From Candidatus Saccharimonadia bacterium (GTDB taxonomy: Bacteria; Patescibacteriota; SICC01): a stretch of 64,000 nucleotides of DNA. Shown here one piece after another: positions 8,954-17,219 of the stretch (position 1 is the first letter of the stretch; every line of letters starts with the position of its first letter). The position numbers and the translations under genes were made by a program. The stretch covers positions 219,406-283,405 of the forward strand of contig JANWJF010000001.1 of the NCBI GenBank assembly GCA_025449535.1, read 5' to 3'. Under the pieces are notes generated by a model. That model worked only from the letters and a program-made list of their open reading frames with translations, made no database searches and had not been told where the DNA came from.

Positions 8954-10777
8954 ATGGTATTTTTTATGGTCACCATGGTACAGAAGACCACACATCGAGA
9001 TACGCCCGGATCCGGAGAGCCTGGTCCGGAACGCACGGTCGAAGCGGGTCCAGATACGGAGCCCGGGGACGTCCTCGAACGGGTCGCGTGGTACTTCTCC
9101 GCCCCGATGGACCGGTTGCTCAGCCCCGAGAAGAGTCCCCGCCTGTCGGAAATCCGCGGATTGACGGCCGTGCTGCTGTACGACCACACGCCGCTCGAGC
9201 GCGGCGACATCGCGGAGTTCCTGGATCGCGCCGAGAACTACCTCTCCGAACTGATCGCCCGCACCCGGCGACAGTTGGGCGGGAGCGCGGAGTGGCGCGG
9301 CTTCTACGCCGACCTAACCGCCGAGACTCCGCCCGAGCTGTCCCTGTTGGACCAGTACCTGGCCGGATTCTGCCACGCATACGACGTGCCGCCGGACGTC
9401 ATCACTCAGCTAAATCCGAAGGACTTTATCAAGGAAGCACGCCAGGGATTGATCTACCGCCTGCAAGAGGAGACTCCCATCCCCCTGCAAGCATTGGCCG
9501 AGCGCTTCGGTTTCGGTGTTGAGAGGACCACGCTCGTCGAAACCCGTTACAGCGCGGAAGAGATATTCGCCCAGGACCCGGAAGCCTTGAGACGGATCAT
9601 GGCGATCGAACGGAGCGCCCGTTTACCCGCGGAGTCGCGTCCAGCCCGGAAAGTGGTAGACGGCATCCTGCAGGAAGCGGGCGCCGCCTGGGCGGATCTC
9701 CAAAGCCCCCGCCGCGGCCGGGAGTTGCTCCAGGCCCGCCGCCGGATCGTCAGACAGCTGTACTTCCGGAGTCCGATGGCGCCGCAGGAGATCGCGGAGA
9801 TCTTGCATCGTACGCCAGAACACGTCAGTCAGATCGCGAAGGAGATGGAGGCCTCCGAGGGCGACGATCCCGTGGTCGTCAAACCGGAACGCGTCTACGA
9901 GCGCGAATCGGAGCGGGTCTCACTGTTCTTCGGCATGCCGGTCGCCGGATATGAGAAGGACAGCGGCCCGCACCTGGCCCTGTTGCAGGTGCTGACTGAC
10001 CGGGGATTGACCGTGACGGAAATCGCAAGATGTGGCGGCGCCAACCGGACCCGGGTCCCCCAGTTCCTCGCAAGGTCGGCACGCCGCCGGAGCGAGGATC
10101 CGTTCTTTCGGCAGCTGGTCGAGGCCGTGGACGCCGGCGTGGAGCCGCCCGGCGGGAACGGCCTGATCGAAGCAGTGCTGGAAGCCAGCGCCAATCTGGC
10201 GGGGACAACCGTGGAAACGCTGCACCGGCATCCCAAGCAGGCGGAAGGAAGCGTTGCCCGAGACTGGGCCGCTTACCTGCTTCGGAAACGCGTCGGACTC
10301 AAGACACGTCACGTCCAAGAGCACGCCGGCCTGCCCTCCCCGAACCGGATACGGAAAGGAGTCGAGCGAGTATCGGAAGAAATTGCCCGTTCGGAAGAGG
10401 CGGCCGCCTTGGAACGGTTCGTTTGGCGGTGCCTGCTGGGGAACCACCTGGCTCCCGAGCAAGGCGACGCCGTGTTGTACTTCGCCCACGGATTGAACAG
10501 GCAGGTCCGGGTCGGCAGGGTCAAGGAAGTCCACGAAGAGGCAGAGGGGCGGCTGCTCATCATCAACGGGCACCGGCACCACGCGAAACATACGGCGTTC
10601 GCAGGCGATCCGAGCGTCCTGGATGCCGAAGCGGCGGCCGTGGTCATGCGGGAGCCGAACGCGCTCGATCTCTGGCTGACCAGCCATCGGGTCGGACCGT
10701 CGTTGGGGGAGCAGATGCGACAGGCGTTGCGGCGTGAACCCGTGCCTGGCAACGGTAATGCCTTGACCTCTGGCTGA
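8954..10777 (+). CDS. Large protein with about five degenerate DnaA-C-terminal-like HTH repeats (607 aa)
   Basis: Five segments read as DnaA domain-IV-like helix-turn-helix repeats: RLSEIRGLTAVLLYDHTPLERGDIAEFLDRAENYLSELIAR; PLQALAERFGFGVERTTLVETRY; RRIVRQLYFRSPMAPQEIAEILHRTPEHVSQIAKE; LALLQVLTDRGLTVTEIARCGGANRTRVPQF; ARDWAAYLLRKRVGLKTRHVQEHAGLPSPNRIRKGVERV. Start uncertain among four clustered Mets. Confidence 0.5.
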   Translation: MVFFMVTMVQKTTHRDTPGSGEPGPERTVEAGPDTEPGDVLERVAWYFSAPMDRLLSPEKSPRLSEIRGLTAVLLYDHTPLERGDIAEFLDRAENYLSELIARTRRQLGGSAEWRGFYADLTAETPPELSLLDQYLAGFCHAYDVPPDVITQLNPKDFIKEARQGLIYRLQEETPIPLQALAERFGFGVERTTLVETRYSAEEIFAQDPEALRRIMAIERSARLPAESRPARKVVDGILQEAGAAWADLQSPRRGRELLQARRRIVRQLYFRSPMAPQEIAEILHRTPEHVSQIAKEMEASEGDDPVVVKPERVYERESERVSLFFGMPVAGYEKDSGPHLALLQVLTDRGLTVTEIARCGGANRTRVPQFLARSARRRSEDPFFRQLVEAVDAGVEPPGGNGLIEAVLEASANLAGTTVETLHRHPKQAEGSVARDWAAYLLRKRVGLKTRHVQEHAGLPSPNRIRKGVERVSEEIARSEEAAALERFVWRCLLGNHLAPEQGDAVLYFAHGLNRQVRVGRVKEVHEEAEGRLLIINGHRHHAKHTAFAGDPSVLDAEAAAVVMREPNALDLWLTSHRVGPSLGEQMRQALRREPVPGNGNALTSG

Positions 10778-10879
10778 AAAACCCCCATACTAAGGGAAGT
10801 TCTGTTGGATAGGATCTTGTAACTACGATTTCGCTGTTCACCCGAACGGCGATTTATTTTCTTAACCCAAGGATCCAAC

Positions 10880-12172
10880 ATGGCAAATCCCAACGCACGG
10901 GCCGCGCGAGGGCGCGGCGGACAATTCAACAAAGGCAACGGCCAACGGCGCAAGGCCGGCGGCAATGCCCGTAACTTCGGCAGCCAGGCGTATGGCAACA
11001 AGAGCCTCGGCGGACGCGGCGGCGGCACCCAGCGGCAGCGCAGCCGTGGACCGGCCAAGTCGACGATCGACCCCTCCCGGTTCGTGAACCGCGCCACTTC
11101 CCCGCGCGATATCCTGCCCTACACCCCGCGCCGGCAGTTCAAGAACTTCGCGTTCGACCCACGCATGCACCGGGCGATCACTTCCAAGGGCTATACCGCC
11201 CCGACCGCGATCCAGGACCAAGCGATCCCGCACATCCTGGCCGGCCACGACGTAGTCGGCATCGCCAATACCGGCACCGGCAAGACGGCGGGCTTCGTGC
11301 TCCCGATCATCAACCGGCTGATTCCCCGCCGGGACGGCATGGCCCTGGTCGTCGCGCCGACCCGCGAGCTGGCCCAGCAGATCGATGAGGAGTTCCGCAG
11401 CTTCGCGGACCGGCTCGACCTGCTCTCCACCGTCTGCGTCGGCGGCATGAACGAGCGGCCCCAGATCAAGTCGCTGAAGCGCAATCCGCAGATGGTCATC
11501 GGTACGCCGGGCCGGCTGAAGGACTTCGTGACCAACAAGCACCTCGACCTGAAGCGCTGCCACACCTTCGTGCTCGACGAGGCCGACCGGATGCTCGACA
11601 TGGGCTTCATCAACGACATGAAGTTCCTGATGCGGTACCTGCCGGAAGAGCGGCAGTCGCTCTGCTTCTCCGCGACGATCACGCCCGAGGTGAAGAAGAT
11701 CATCGACGCCCTGCTCGACGAGCCGGTGACGGTCTCCGTCCGCACCACCGAGACCCAGGAGCACATCGAACAGGACGTGATCCGGGCGGACACCGCGGCC
11801 GAGAAGCTGGCGCACCTGGAGAAGCTGCTGGTGAAGCCGGAGTTCTCCAAGGTGGTGATCTTCGGGCAGACTAAGCACGGCGTGCAGCGGTTGTCCGACA
11901 AGCTGTCCAAGCGGAACATCTCCGTGACGACGATCCACGGCAACAAGAACCAGAACCAGCGCCGCCGGGCGTTGTCCGCGTTCAAGAGCGGTCCGGTGAA
12001 GGTCCTGGTGGCGACCGACGTGGCCGCGCGCGGGCTGGACATCCGGAACGTCAGCCACGTGATCAACTACGATCCCCCGCAGGCCTACGACGACTACATC
12101 CATCGCATCGGCCGGACCGGCCGTGCCGGCAAGACCGGCTCCGCGATCACCTTCGTACCGACGAAGGCGTAG
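10880..12172 (+). CDS. DEAD-box ATP-dependent RNA helicase with an N-terminal Gly/Arg-rich (RGG-like) extension
   Basis: Q-motif region, GTGKT, PTRELAQQ, DEAD, SAT, HRIGRTGRAG. Confidence 0.9.
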   Translation: MANPNARAARGRGGQFNKGNGQRRKAGGNARNFGSQAYGNKSLGGRGGGTQRQRSRGPAKSTIDPSRFVNRATSPRDILPYTPRRQFKNFAFDPRMHRAITSKGYTAPTAIQDQAIPHILAGHDVVGIANTGTGKTAGFVLPIINRLIPRRDGMALVVAPTRELAQQIDEEFRSFADRLDLLSTVCVGGMNERPQIKSLKRNPQMVIGTPGRLKDFVTNKHLDLKRCHTFVLDEADRMLDMGFINDMKFLMRYLPEERQSLCFSATITPEVKKIIDALLDEPVTVSVRTTETQEHIEQDVIRADTAAEKLAHLEKLLVKPEFSKVVIFGQTKHGVQRLSDKLSKRNISVTTIHGNKNQNQRRRALSAFKSGPVKVLVATDVAARGLDIRNVSHVINYDPPQAYDDYIHRIGRTGRAGKTGSAITFVPTKA

Positions 12173-12322
12173 TCACGCTAGCCTCGTTGTCCGAACCTTT
12201 GCGTATCTTGCGCCTAAGGTTCGTCGATGGTAGTGTAAAAAACTCAGAACTAAGCGATATTTATCGATTCTTTCTGAGTGTCCATTGTTCCGTTCTTTCA
12301 AACGACAGAGAGGGTGAGGTGT

Positions 12323-12928
12323 ATGCCGGGAATCGTGGTCATCGGAATTGGTGGCCCACCGGGGCTGGGAATCGACCTGACGGGTCTGCTGAGTCCTGAG
12401 GGACTCATCGAGCACGCTCGGGAGCACGTGCAGGAATGCCGCGACGGCAACTACAGCGAAGCAGCGTGCCTCGTCGGCACGGTGCGCGGGGAGCTGCTCT
12501 CCCTGGAGGAACTCGGGATTACCGAGGAGGAGCTGGAAGAGTTCCGCCAGAAAGGCGTCGTCGAACCGGCCAAGCGATACGTCGAGGAGTGCCGGGACGG
12601 CGACTACGAGCACCTCGGGTCACTCATCGACTGGCTGTCAATCAAGACGGTCACCGAGGAGGAGCTCGGGATTACCGAGGAGGAGCTGAACGGGTTCATC
12701 AAGCAGGAGAACCTGCGGACCGCCAAGGACATCATCGCGGAATGCCGTGAGGATGACTACAGGCAGCTAGGTCCGATACTCGCGGCGATCTCCAACGGCA
12801 TGTTCACGGTCGAGGAGCTCGAGACGAGCAAGCAAGAGCTCGGGGAATTCATGATCAAGCGGAGGCTTGGGTCGACGCAATCGAGCAACGGCTCGGGCAC
12901 GCATGAGCGGACCAGTCAAAGCTCCTGA
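12323..12928 (+). CDS. Repeat protein: three roughly 50-aa repeats (ECRDGxY...EELGITEEEL...F)
   Basis: ATG after GAGGGTGAGG. Repeats are REHVQECRDGNY..EELGITEEELEEF, KRYVEECRDGDY..EELGITEEELNGF, KDIIAECREDDY..EELETSKQELGEF. Confidence 0.5.
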   Translation: MPGIVVIGIGGPPGLGIDLTGLLSPEGLIEHAREHVQECRDGNYSEAACLVGTVRGELLSLEELGITEEELEEFRQKGVVEPAKRYVEECRDGDYEHLGSLIDWLSIKTVTEEELGITEEELNGFIKQENLRTAKDIIAECREDDYRQLGPILAAISNGMFTVEELETSKQELGEFMIKRRLGSTQSSNGSGTHERTSQSS

Positions 12929-12971
12929 ACAGCATCACCTCGTAGGAACCAAACTCATCCTCCTGACCGGA

Positions 12972-13027
12972 GAAACGAACGGATTGCCCCTGGTAGTGTT
13001 ACCACATTGCCGGGGGCGTTCGTTTTT
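12972..13027. terminator. Bidirectional intrinsic terminator between the convergent genes at 12323..12928 and 13037..14788
   Basis: AAACGAACGG ... CCGTTCGTTT stem with an inner TGGTA-GTGT-TACCA hairpin; A-run on the left, TTTTT on the right. Confidence 0.5.
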
Positions 13028-13036
13028 ACGTCTAGC

Positions 13037-14788
13037 CTATTCGGACCGGCGGGTCCGACCGAGGTAGATCGTAGCCAGCGCGGCCAGTAGCGTGAAGATC
13101 GAGAGATAGCGGAAGGTGGCTGCGGAGGACTTAGAGAGCCCTTGGTCGATCCCCTTGGTCAGGGCCTCCTGCTGCTTAACTTGCTGCTTCCGCAGTTCCT
13201 TCTGCCGTTCCCGGACCTGCTTCTGCCGCTTCTCGAGTTCCTCCTTCGTCGGCACGTTACCGGGCTTGAACGGCAAGGCCTGGGCCACGGTACCGAGGAC
13301 CGGCGCCTGTTCGGCTGCGCGTGTCTGCGGCGGGAACGGCCTCAGCGGCAACGGCAGTCCTGGCGATAACCCGGGGCGGGCGCCCCTGGTACCGGTCAGG
13401 CCGGCACCGTCCTCGTCCAGCTTCAGCAGATCGACCCCGTTCTGCTTGATAGAGGTCTTCAGTTGCTCAGAAGTCCCCTGTTGGACTCCGTCGGCAACGG
13501 CCTTGGGGACCTGCGTGCCGACTTGGCAGACGAATACCGCTCCGGCGACCGCGATGCCGACCAGGGCTCCCATATTCCGAGCTCCGCCGAACACGCCGGA
13601 AGCGGCGCCATATTCGGCCGGTGCCGTACGGTCCAACGCGACGTTAGTGACCGCCGGCAAGGCCAGGGCGGCGCCGAGACCGAGGACGACCAACGGAATC
13701 GCCAGGTCCCCGCGGCCGGTGGACGCCTCGACCGTGGAGAGTCCCCACAGTCCGCCCGACGCCAGCAGGAGACCGACGGCGGTCAGGAGCCGTTCGTCGA
13801 AGCGGTCCGCCAGCTTGCCGGCAAACGGCGCGACCACCGTCAGGGCGATCGCGAACGGCAGCACGGCGATGGCGGTGTCGCCCGCGGAGTAGTCGAAGAC
13901 CTGCTCGAATTGCAGAGCGGTCACGAAGAGGCCGCCGAGGATACCGGCGGAAGCCAGGAAGACTATCAGGCTGCCGACACCGAAGTCCCGGCTACAGAGC
14001 CGGCCGATGTCTATGAGCGGAGCGGGCTGATGACGCTCGACCAGGACGAAGGCCACCGACTGGCTGACCGTCAGCCCGAACAGCGCGATGATCAGCGGCG
14101 AATCCCAACCGGCCTGCTGGCCTTGCAGCACCGCGAACCCGAGGGCCGCCAGTGCGCCGGTGCCCGTCAGCGCCCCCGCAAAGTCGAAACGGCCTGCCCG
14201 GCCGGAATCCTTGGCGACGAATCGGAATGCAAAGAGCGCGGCCACTGCGGCCAGCACGGCACCGCCGTAGAAGAGCCAGCGCCAACCGAGATCGTCGATG
14301 ACCGTCCCGCTGAGCGCGATGCCCCCGGCGTACGCCACGGCCAGCACCGCGGTCCAGAACCCGAACGCCGCGCCGCGGCCGCGCCGCGGGAACGCGTCGA
14401 GGATCAGGCTGAGCGTGACCGGTAGGACTAGCGCCGCGCCAGCGCCCTGCAGGACCCGGAATCCGATCAGCCATCCGGCGTCGGACGACGCTCCGGCCGC
14501 GACGGAACCGACGACGAACGTCGCCAGGCCGACCAGCAGCGCCTTGCGTCGGCCGAACATATCGCCCAGCTTCCCGCCCACGAAGAGCAGTGCGGCGAAG
14601 GACAATGCGTACGCCTTAAAGATCCACTCCGCGTTCGCGGATTCGATCCTCAAGGCATTGGCGATCGTCTCGGTCCCGTCGGTGACGGCCGTGACGCCGA
14701 GGAATGTGACCAGCAACGCCAACAGCGCGGTCCCCAACGAGGTCCACCTGTTTCCGACGCTACTGTTTGTTTGCTCCATTTCATGCAA
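13037..14788 (-). CDS. MFS transporter (DHA2/EmrB-like, 14 TMS) with a roughly 170-aa C-terminal extension (charged coiled-coil segment plus an extra TM)
   Basis: Many TM helices with MFS motifs (GKLGDMFGRRKALL). C-terminus KEELEKRQKQVRERQKELRKQQVKQQE then YLSIFTLLAALATIYLG. Confidence 0.75.
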   Translation of the reverse strand: MHEMEQTNSSVGNRWTSLGTALLALLVTFLGVTAVTDGTETIANALRIESANAEWIFKAYALSFAALLFVGGKLGDMFGRRKALLVGLATFVVGSVAAGASSDAGWLIGFRVLQGAGAALVLPVTLSLILDAFPRRGRGAAFGFWTAVLAVAYAGGIALSGTVIDDLGWRWLFYGGAVLAAVAALFAFRFVAKDSGRAGRFDFAGALTGTGALAALGFAVLQGQQAGWDSPLIIALFGLTVSQSVAFVLVERHQPAPLIDIGRLCSRDFGVGSLIVFLASAGILGGLFVTALQFEQVFDYSAGDTAIAVLPFAIALTVVAPFAGKLADRFDERLLTAVGLLLASGGLWGLSTVEASTGRGDLAIPLVVLGLGAALALPAVTNVALDRTAPAEYGAASGVFGGARNMGALVGIAVAGAVFVCQVGTQVPKAVADGVQQGTSEQLKTSIKQNGVDLLKLDEDGAGLTGTRGARPGLSPGLPLPLRPFPPQTRAAEQAPVLGTVAQALPFKPGNVPTKEELEKRQKQVRERQKELRKQQVKQQEALTKGIDQGLSKSSAATFRYLSIFTLLAALATIYLGRTRRSE

Positions 14789-14898
14789 AGACTACTAGTT
14801 GGTCGCCGAAGTGGCAACCTGGGTTTCAGGAACCTTTCTTCGGCGCCTTGTCACTGAAGCGGTGCGCCTTGGAAGGGCCAATCGCCATGTACACAAAC

Positions 14899-16602
14899 CT
14901 AGTCGTCCTTCAGTTCCGCGAGCCGTCGCCTGATCCAGTATTCCAGCGAGTCGGGCCGAGCCCGGCCGGATCCGATCCGGCGCAGCAGCATGTCGCCGTT
15001 CTTCACCGAGTACTTCCGCATCACTACTTCCTGTCCCTTCGCACTCAGGAAGGACATCGGGTCCTTCGGGTCCGGGAACTCCAGGTCCGGGAATCGTTCT
15101 TTGAGCAGCTGCCACGCGCGGCTCCGGTACTTCTCCGCCTGACGGTCCAGTTCGGCCCGGCGCAGCCGCTTCCGGGCACGCGGCGTTTTCACGGACTGCA
15201 GCCAGCTTTCCGTCCAGGTCCCGTCGCTGCCGTACTTCTTAGGAGCACATTCCGCATCAACCACGTCTCCGGTCTGCACCGGGTCGTCGAACCGAGCGGG
15301 CTTTCCGTTAATCCAGACCCGTTTGGTCCGCAGAGCCCGGTCGCTGTCTGCAGCGAACGACACGTCGAGCACGGTGGCGCCTTCCGGCACGTGGTGGACG
15401 TTGCCGTCCGGGCTGAACACCAGGAGTTCAGGAGGTCGCAGCGAGGCTAACTCGACGTTAGGGTCCTCGCGCAGCCGCATCGCCGCCCGCGTCCGCCAGC
15501 GGTACATCCGCGTCTGCCCGACTCCCTTGCCGCGGAATTTCCCCGGCGTCAGCTTGGAAGCCGCCTCGTAGGCCAGGTGCGAGACGTCCGGGTCGCCGGA
15601 AGCACGCTCGTGCATCTTGCTGGTTCGGATCTGGACCTCCATCGGCACGCCGTCGGGGCCGTACAGGGTGAGGTGGATGCTTTGGTAGCCGTTCGCCTTC
15701 GGCAACTGGATGTAGTCCTTGTACCGATCATAGTCCGGGTCGAACTTCTCGTTGAGCACGCTGACCACCTCGTAACACTTGGCGATCGCCCCCTCCTCGC
15801 CCTGTTCGGAATCGATGTCGATGACGACGCGCGCGCCGAAGAAGTCCGGCAGTTCGTAATCCGTCCGTCCGCGTTGGCGACACTTCCGCCAGACGCTGTA
15901 GTAACTCTTCCGCCGGGCGTTGACCCCCACCCGACCCTCGAGGTCCGGGATCTTTTCCTTGATCTCATTACCGATCAGGCGATCGTACCGCTCCGTGGCC
16001 GTCGCCAGCGCCTTCTCGCGGGCTTCCTCGTCCTCGCCGCCGAACATCTCCACGTAGGTCTCGCGGATGCGCGACACCTCGCCCGGCATCAGCGTCTTGA
16101 AGGCCGTCTTCTCGAGACGCTCCTTCAGGCCATGCCAGCCCATGATTTCCGCAGCCGGCGCCCACAGCAGGAACGCCTGCTCCGCCAGAACCTTCCCTTG
16201 CTCCCCCGATTCCTCAATCCTCCCGCGCGCGAACTCCAGGAAGGTCCGGAGGTTGTCCTGATGACCGGCCGCCTCGAACAGCAGCTTCAGGTAGTTCTCG
16301 AGCGTGACATTGTGGTTCTCCTTCTGGTTCTCGATGTTGTCCGGCGGCAACAGGGCCTTCACATACCCCATGACTTCCAGTCGCGCGGCCAGTTCGTCCG
16401 TCGGCGGCAGTTCCTGCCAGTCGACCTCGTAGGCAGGACGGTCGCTTTCGAGCGCCCCGGCGATATCCGCCCAGCGCTCGGGGCCGATCGCGCGTAGCTG
16501 CGCGAGGGCATCCGGCCGGAGCTCGTCCTCACCCCACGGGTGCTCAGCGGACTCGAAGCGGTCCGCCGGCAGGCCGGGAATCTTCTGGTGCGGTTTGGGC
16601 AT
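14899..16602 (-). CDS. rel: RelA/SpoT-homolog (p)ppGpp synthetase: synthetase + TGS domains, no intact HD motif, no ACT-length C-terminus (567 aa)
   Basis: Synthetase motifs YSVWRK, GARVVIDIDS, YQSIHLTL, EVQIRTSKMHERA. TGS-like LLVFSPDGNVHHVPEGATVLDVSF..VWINGKP. No HD...VED motif in the 220-aa N-terminal region. Confidence 0.75.
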   Translation of the reverse strand: MPKPHQKIPGLPADRFESAEHPWGEDELRPDALAQLRAIGPERWADIAGALESDRPAYEVDWQELPPTDELAARLEVMGYVKALLPPDNIENQKENHNVTLENYLKLLFEAAGHQDNLRTFLEFARGRIEESGEQGKVLAEQAFLLWAPAAEIMGWHGLKERLEKTAFKTLMPGEVSRIRETYVEMFGGEDEEAREKALATATERYDRLIGNEIKEKIPDLEGRVGVNARRKSYYSVWRKCRQRGRTDYELPDFFGARVVIDIDSEQGEEGAIAKCYEVVSVLNEKFDPDYDRYKDYIQLPKANGYQSIHLTLYGPDGVPMEVQIRTSKMHERASGDPDVSHLAYEAASKLTPGKFRGKGVGQTRMYRWRTRAAMRLREDPNVELASLRPPELLVFSPDGNVHHVPEGATVLDVSFAADSDRALRTKRVWINGKPARFDDPVQTGDVVDAECAPKKYGSDGTWTESWLQSVKTPRARKRLRRAELDRQAEKYRSRAWQLLKERFPDLEFPDPKDPMSFLSAKGQEVVMRKYSVKNGDMLLRRIGSGRARPDSLEYWIRRRLAELKDD

Positions 16603-16739
16603 AAGGATTTGCCGTAGTTATGCGGCTAATCATTCTATCCCAAGCAGTCGAGTTTCCCCAATACCGACTCCAGGCCGACGCTTTGCCCAGCACGGGCTTC
16701 CAGGGCAAGGATACTTAGGGGTAGCTGACAAGAAAACCG

Positions 16740-17219
16740 TCAGAAGTCTAGCAGGCTCCTCGTCGGCAACCCGACGCCATCCGGCAGAGCCCGGAGGACC
16801 CGCCGCACCGACTGACGCACCGCCGGCTGCTTCGAACTCCGCAGCGCGGCCTGCAGGGTCTGGCGATGTTCCTGGTAGCGGTCGGCCGTCTCCGGATCGG
16901 AGGCGCCGGACAGCTCCGCCGCGGCATGCCGCTCGGTGGTCACCGCCCGCTCCGCGGTCTCGGCCACCTTCTCCTTGGAAGCCCCCTGTTCGGTGAGCAG
17001 GTTAAGTTCCGCGATGTTCAGGTCCACTTCGTCAAGATACCGGTCGCTCCGGTCTTCCCCGCCCGAAGCCAAGGCCGTCCGTAGCTCCGTGACGGCCTCC
17101 TTGACGCCGTATGTCCGGTCGCCCGGCATGCTACCGGCGACGCTCACAACGAAGGCCGCCAGGAGGAACGAACCCGCGGTCACGACGGCGACCAGCTTGG
17201 TGACCGATGGGACCCTCAT
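16740..17219 (-). CDS. Small secreted/anchored protein translationally coupled to the histidine kinase
   Basis: Signal/TM MRVPSVTKLVAVVTAGSFLLAAFVVSVAG. Its start overlaps the kinase stop (ATGA). Confidence 0.5.
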   Translation of the reverse strand: MRVPSVTKLVAVVTAGSFLLAAFVVSVAGSMPGDRTYGVKEAVTELRTALASGGEDRSDRYLDEVDLNIAELNLLTEQGASKEKVAETAERAVTTERHAAAELSGASDPETADRYQEHRQTLQAALRSSKQPAVRQSVRRVLRALPDGVGLPTRSLLDF

